In this document: positions 59,705 through 64,000 of the stretch, piece after piece | Layout: the number at the start of each line of letters is the position of its first letter | Position numbering within the stretch: position 1 is the stretch's first letter | Assembly: GCA_016218925.1 (NCBI GenBank) | Contig: JACRCR010000141.1 | Span: 23,760 to 87,759, forward strand | DNA: 64,000 bases | From: Deltaproteobacteria bacterium | Lineage (GTDB): Bacteria > Desulfobacterota > Binatia > UBA1149 > CAITLU01 | Direction: 5' to 3' | The notes under the pieces: generated by a model | The model's database searches: none | Told to the model about the DNA's origin: nothing | Seen by the model: only the letters and a program-made list of their open reading frames with translations | Program-made: the position numbers and the translations under genes

Positions 59705-61576
59705 GTGCGTAGACAACTGCATCAGTTCCTCACCGAGCATGGGGGCGCGACCGGAGCCGGCGAGCTCCTCGACGTCGTGTTCGATGGTCGTGGTCGCGAC
59801 AGTGAGTTCGGCCGCTTCTTTATCGGCGCGCTGCTCGCCGACGACCCCCGGTTCGTCGAGAGCGAAGAAGGCGTTTGGCATCTTGCCGAGGAGCACGTGC
59901 TCGACGCCGACTTGGCATGCGCGCCCTTCGTAGTCGTCGACCTCGAGACCACCGGTCATCGGCCTGACGACGAAGGTGTCACCGAGCTCGGCGCGATCCG
60001 ACTGGAAGGGCTCCGCGAGGTCGGCCGCTTCCAGACTCTGGTTCACCCAGGGCGTTCGATTCCGAGCTTCGTCACCAAGCTGACCGGAATCTCCGACGCG
60101 ATGGTGGCGCGCGCGCCGGTCATCCGCGACGTGATTGGCGAGTTTGCCGCGTTCGCGTCCGGAGCGGTGCTGGTCGCGCACAACGCGGCCTTCGACGCGC
60201 GGTTGCTGGATCATGCCAGCCGCCGCCATCTGGGCCGTCCGCTGGGCTTGCCGCACCTGTGCACCGTGCGTCTTGCGCAGCGCTTGCTTCCCGAGCTTCG
60301 CCGTACCTCTCTGGAAGCGCTCGGCGAGCATTTCGGGCTCAGCCCGTCGCGGCGTCACCGCGCGATGGCCGATGCCGAGATGACCGTCGAGCTGCTCGCG
60401 CGCTTCATCGCAATGCTGCAGGAACGCGGAGTCTGCGACGTGCAGGGTCTGATCGACGCGCAAGGTGATCCGGCCTCCCCGCGGCGACTGGAGGTGCACG
60501 TTGCGCAGAGCGACCTCGAAGAACTGCCGGAAGCCCCCGGTGTCTACCGTCTGATCGGTCGCGAGGAGGAGCCGCTCTTCATCGGTCGCTCCGAGAATCT
60601 GCGCGAGCGCGTGCTGCAGTACTTCCTCGGCGCCGACCACGGCAGCGACCGCCAGTTGGCGCTGATATCCAAGACCTACGAGGTCTCATTCACGCGCTGC
60701 GGCTCCGCGTTGGAAGCCGCGCTGCTGGAAGCCGACCAGATTCATCGCTTCGAGCCGCCCTACAATCGCGGCGATCGTCATCTTCCCAGGGGTTTTTTCG
60801 TCAAGGTTTCGACCCGAGCGGGTTTCCCGCGCGTGTTCGTCGCCGGACGCGTGGCGCCCGATGGGGCCCTGTACATCGGGCCACTGAAGGGCCGCGCCTT
60901 CGCCGACGACGCTGCCGATCTGCTGGCCGCCGCGTTCCGCCTGCGTACGTGCCCCGGCAACTTGAAGCCCGACCCCCACTACGAGCCCTGTCCGCTCGGC
61001 CCCGCGGGGCGGTGCTCGAGCCCGTGCAATGACAGCGTCGATGCCGGCGCCTATGGCCAGCAGGTCGAGGCGCTGGCCCGGTGTCTGCGCGGCCGCTTCG
61101 GACCGCGCGAGTTGCTGGCCAATCTGCACGTGGCCGCGGGAGAGCGCGACTACGGTCGTTTCCACGCGGCCGCGCGCCGGCTCGAGCGGCTCGCCCAGAA
61201 GTCACACTGGCTGGTCAATTCGCTCCATTACCTGGCCGTCGCGCCTGCGGCGCCCTGCCCGGAAGCGCAAGGCCCCGATGGCGACACGCGAGGCCTCTTC
61301 GTTGCCGCCGTGGTCGCGGGTCGCTGCATCGGTGCGCGTGGGGTGACGGTCGCGGATGACATCGAGCGGCTGTTCGAGGAAGTCCGGCGCGCATGGCGCG
61401 GCGAGCAGCCGCCGCGTGGCGAGCGTCCGGTCGCCGATGCCAGCACGGTCCTGGCATTCTGGCTGCAAGAGAGTGAGACCGTCGCGACCGAGACCGTGAT
61501 CGACCTCGAAGAGAACGACGAAGCGAGCCTGGAGTCGGCACGGCGACGGCTCGCGGAGTTGTTGGCAGCTTCCTGA
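59705..61576 (+). CDS. DnaQ-like 3'-5' exonuclease fused to GIY-YIG nuclease domain (Cho/UvrC-N-like)
   Basis: Exo I motif FVVVDLETTG. Exo III region LVAHNAAFDARLL plus H/D (RHRAMADAE). GIY-YIG motif GVYRLIGREEEPLFIGRSENLRERV. 623 aa. Confidence 0.8.
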   Translation: MRRQLHQFLTEHGGATGAGELLDVVFDGRGRDSEFGRFFIGALLADDPRFVESEEGVWHLAEEHVLDADLACAPFVVVDLETTGHRPDDEGVTELGAIRLEGLREVGRFQTLVHPGRSIPSFVTKLTGISDAMVARAPVIRDVIGEFAAFASGAVLVAHNAAFDARLLDHASRRHLGRPLGLPHLCTVRLAQRLLPELRRTSLEALGEHFGLSPSRRHRAMADAEMTVELLARFIAMLQERGVCDVQGLIDAQGDPASPRRLEVHVAQSDLEELPEAPGVYRLIGREEEPLFIGRSENLRERVLQYFLGADHGSDRQLALISKTYEVSFTRCGSALEAALLEADQIHRFEPPYNRGDRHLPRGFFVKVSTRAGFPRVFVAGRVAPDGALYIGPLKGRAFADDAADLLAAAFRLRTCPGNLKPDPHYEPCPLGPAGRCSSPCNDSVDAGAYGQQVEALARCLRGRFGPRELLANLHVAAGERDYGRFHAAARRLERLAQKSHWLVNSLHYLAVAPAAPCPEAQGPDGDTRGLFVAAVVAGRCIGARGVTVADDIERLFEEVRRAWRGEQPPRGERPVADASTVLAFWLQESETVATETVIDLEENDEASLESARRRLAELLAAS

Positions 61577-61663
61577 AGCGGAAAAACTCGTGCGGCCGCC
61601 GCGCCGTGTTGAACGCCGGGGACAGGCGGTCCATAAACGAAGTCTCCCCGCGCGAGTCCGGCG

Positions 61664-63496
61664 ATGTCTGCTGCCGACAAAGAGGTGGTCGAAGTTCCCT
61701 CGACAGTCGCCGCCACCGCACGCGGCTGGCGTAGCTACGTTTACGAAAGCGAAGGCTGGCTTCTCGCCGCCGCGGTCGCGATCGGGGTGCTGGCCGCTCT
61801 TGCCAACGTCGTTTTCCACTTCGCCGTCGAGGCGGCCTCGGGTTGGTTCTGGGGAGGCCTCGCCGGCGGGTTCGGCATCGCTCCGCAGCACGTCACCGAC
61901 GACATCTTTTCCACCGGCCTTGCTGGCCTGCCCCGACACTGGTGGCTGATTCCGCTGGTACCGATGACTGGCATGGCTGTGCTGGTGGTGCTCGACTACT
62001 GGTTCCCCGGCGAGATCCACGGCTACGGCCTTCCGCGTTTCCTCGAGATCGTCAACGTCGAGGGCGGCTACATCAAACGACGCTGGATGACGCTGAAGAC
62101 GCTGGCCAGCGCGATCACGCTCGGATGCGGGATGAGTGCTGGCGTCGAAGGCCCGATCGCACAGATCGGCGGGGCCATCGGATCGACGGTAAGCAGGCTG
62201 ATCCGCCCCACGCCTGAGCACCTTCGAGTGCTGATCGCAGCGGGTACGGCGGCCGCCATCGCGGCGACTTTCGGCAGTCCGATCGCCGGAGTGATGTTCG
62301 CCCAAGAGGTCGTCCTGCTCGGCGAGTCGCAGATTCAATCGCTTACGTTGCTGGTGGTGTCGGCCGGTTCGGCGACGGTGATGTCGCAGTACCTGGCTCG
62401 CTATCATGAGCTACTCCATGTGCCCGCCTTCCACTTCCCGATCAACCACGAGTTGTTGCTCTACCTCTCGCTGGGGCTGCTGTGCGGCCCGCTGGCGGTG
62501 GCTTTCATCCGGTCGTTCTATGCGATCAAGGACTGGGCCGCGGCCTCGCCGATTCCGACCGCGCTGCGACCGGTGGCCGGTGCTTTGGTCGTCGGTGTGT
62601 CGCTGATCTTCTTTCCGCAGGTCGCCGGCAGCGGGTACGACGTCATCAACGAGGCCTTCTTCGGCCGCATGGGCGCGCAACTGCTGCTGGCCCTGGTCGT
62701 GACAAAGATGCTGATGACAGGGGTTACTCTCGGCTTTGGCGGTTCCGGCGGCGTGTTCGCTCCCGCGATGTTCGTCGGTGCGATGTTCGGCGCCGGGTTC
62801 GCGACGGTGGTCAACCATTTCGCGCCGGGCGCCATCGCCGAGCCCGGCGGATTCGCTCTGGTCGGAATGGGCACCTTGCTGTCGGCGGCCACCCACGCGC
62901 CGATGACGGCGATCTTCCTGCTCTTCGAACTGACGCGAGACTACGATGTCGTGGTGCCGATCATGGTGACGGCGATCACGGCCACGATCACCGCCAGGCG
63001 CCTGTTCCCCGAGAGCATCGACCATTACGATCTCGCCCGCCGCGGTCTGCACCTGTCCGCTGACAGCCGTGACCACATCCTGCGCCAGCACTTCGTGCGC
63101 AGTCTGGTCGCCCGCGACGTCGAACTGGTGGCCGAGAACCTGATGCTAGGTGAGTTCTTGAAGAAGGTGACCGATTCGCATCACAGTCAGTTCCCGGTGG
63201 TCGACTCCGATCAGCACCTGGTCGGGATGATGGGGATGGAGGATCTGCGGGCCGTGCTGCTGGCGCGCGAGTCGTGGCCCTACCTGATCGTCGGAGAGCT
63301 GGCCCGCCGTGATGTGCCGGTGGTCCGCGTCTGCGACAGCCTCTACGATGCGATGGGAATCATGGCCGACCACGGCCTCGAGCAGATCCCGGTCGTCGAC
63401 GAAACCGACGAACGTCGCGTGGTGGGGCTCCTCAAACGGTCGGAACTCCAGAACTTCTACCAGAAGAGGCTGCTTGCCCGCGATCTGCTCGGCTGA
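61664..63496 (+). CDS. ClC-family chloride channel/H+-Cl- antiporter with C-terminal CBS pair
   Basis: ClC selectivity motifs GSAIGS... (GCGMSAGVEGPIAQIGGAIG; GVFAPAMFVGA). Two CBS-like segments at the C-terminus. 610 aa. Confidence 0.9.
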   Translation: MSAADKEVVEVPSTVAATARGWRSYVYESEGWLLAAAVAIGVLAALANVVFHFAVEAASGWFWGGLAGGFGIAPQHVTDDIFSTGLAGLPRHWWLIPLVPMTGMAVLVVLDYWFPGEIHGYGLPRFLEIVNVEGGYIKRRWMTLKTLASAITLGCGMSAGVEGPIAQIGGAIGSTVSRLIRPTPEHLRVLIAAGTAAAIAATFGSPIAGVMFAQEVVLLGESQIQSLTLLVVSAGSATVMSQYLARYHELLHVPAFHFPINHELLLYLSLGLLCGPLAVAFIRSFYAIKDWAAASPIPTALRPVAGALVVGVSLIFFPQVAGSGYDVINEAFFGRMGAQLLLALVVTKMLMTGVTLGFGGSGGVFAPAMFVGAMFGAGFATVVNHFAPGAIAEPGGFALVGMGTLLSAATHAPMTAIFLLFELTRDYDVVVPIMVTAITATITARRLFPESIDHYDLARRGLHLSADSRDHILRQHFVRSLVARDVELVAENLMLGEFLKKVTDSHHSQFPVVDSDQHLVGMMGMEDLRAVLLARESWPYLIVGELARRDVPVVRVCDSLYDAMGIMADHGLEQIPVVDETDERRVVGLLKRSELQNFYQKRLLARDLLG

Positions 63497-63574
63497 TATC
63501 GGCTGGGATCCGCCGAAGGACCCCGGGGATGGGTTGTTCGGCGGGCTCCTGGGGATCCCTCCCCCGAGAATCGG

Positions 63575-64000
63575 ATGAAGACGCGAAGACGGGTCATCAT
63601 AACCGCCGACGATTTCGGCCTGCTGCCGGAGACCACCGATTCCGTGATCGCCGGTTACGAGAGCGGCGTCATCACCAGCGCGAGCTTGCGCGTGAACGCG
63701 ACGGCCTCACATGAAGCGGTGGTCGCGGCGTCGATGCGCCCGGGCCTCGGCGTGGGCCTTCAACTGGTGCTGTGCGACGGCATCTCGACGCTGCCGCGCC
63801 GCCACATTCCCAACCTCGTCGATGGCGCCGGTCGCTTCGTAGATCGCCCGCTCGAGGCCGCCTGGCTCTACCGCCGCGGCGCCGGCCTGCGCGAGGAACT
63901 GACGGCCGAGATCCGCGCCCAGATTGAAAAGTTCCTGGCCACCGGGCTCAACCTGAACTTCATCTCGGGCCACTATCACCTGCACCTTCACCCGACGGTG
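63575..64000 (+). CDS. YdjC/ChbG-family carbohydrate deacetylase-like protein, 5' fragment (runs off window end)
   Basis: ATG at 63575. N-terminal RRVIITADDFGLLPETTDSVIAGYESGVITSASLRVN typical of the YdjC family. Open to the window edge, hence absent from the ORF list. Confidence 0.65.
   Translation, partial: MKTRRRVIITADDFGLLPETTDSVIAGYESGVITSASLRVNATASHEAVVAASMRPGLGVGLQLVLCDGISTLPRRHIPNLVDGAGRFVDRPLEAAWLYRRGAGLREELTAEIRAQIEKFLATGLNLNFISGHYHLHLHPTV

Overview
This 64 kb window is an origin-proximal chromosomal segment from a high-GC bacterium (roughly 65-68% GC by eye; taxon not assignable from sequence alone). It is gene-dense, almost entirely housekeeping, and mostly on the + strand in its first half.

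Gene content, in order:
- Replication origin block: dnaA (3' end only), dnaN, gyrB, gyrA, gpsA, rpmH, rnpA, yidD, yidC, jag/khpB, mnmE, mnmG, rsmG, a perfect parS palindrome, parA, parB.
- An F1Fo ATP synthase operon with b', b, delta, alpha, gamma, beta and epsilon. The a and c subunit genes are absent from the window.
- A thioredoxin-fold DUF255 protein and an L,D-transpeptidase.
- A long minus-strand gene string: tRNA-Gly(CCC), crotonase, yacG, ccmE, ccmF, ccmH, a small zinc-ribbon membrane protein, plant-type glutamate-cysteine ligase, an S24 LexA/UmuD-like protein, and a small hypothetical.
- A DNA-repair neighbourhood: dCMP deaminase, uvrA, pgeF, a stand-alone E2 acyltransferase catalytic domain, a UvrD/PcrA-like helicase, and rlmE.
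- Miscellaneous metabolic, envelope and transport genes: gloB, a GT-C-like membrane protein, coaE, an acyl-CoA synthetase, a secreted lipase-like alpha/beta hydrolase, a TPR protein, ddl, LysR, an LLM oxidoreductase, Smr, a TolB-like propeller, a CDP-alcohol phosphatidyltransferase, two lipoproteins, a ferredoxin-Zn-ribbon fusion, a DnaQ-GIY-YIG nuclease, a ClC channel, and a YdjC-like fragment at the window edge.

I found no CRISPR array, transposase, integrase, restriction-modification system or recognisable defence/toxin system.

The observations most worth a second look:
- a candidate oriC in the dnaA-dnaN spacer;
- a variant System I cytochrome c maturation cluster, in which CcmE carries Cys instead of the heme-binding His, CcmH has a CxCxC motif, and a Zn-ribbon protein is translationally coupled to ccmH, followed by gshA;
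- an S24-like protein whose catalytic Ser/Lys are replaced by Thr/Arg, next to a tandem-repeat and AT-rich promoter region;
- a Jag/KhpB with a ~170-aa RGG-rich insert;
- a ddl gene outside the cell-division cluster, co-operonic with a TPR protein and a secreted lipase-like hydrolase;
- a tightly coupled TolB-like, CDP-alcohol phosphatidyltransferase, lipoprotein operon;
- a 7Fe-type ferredoxin fused to a C-terminal zinc ribbon.

Many long ORFs in the six-frame track are antisense or overlap artefacts of the high GC content; these are listed as rejected.
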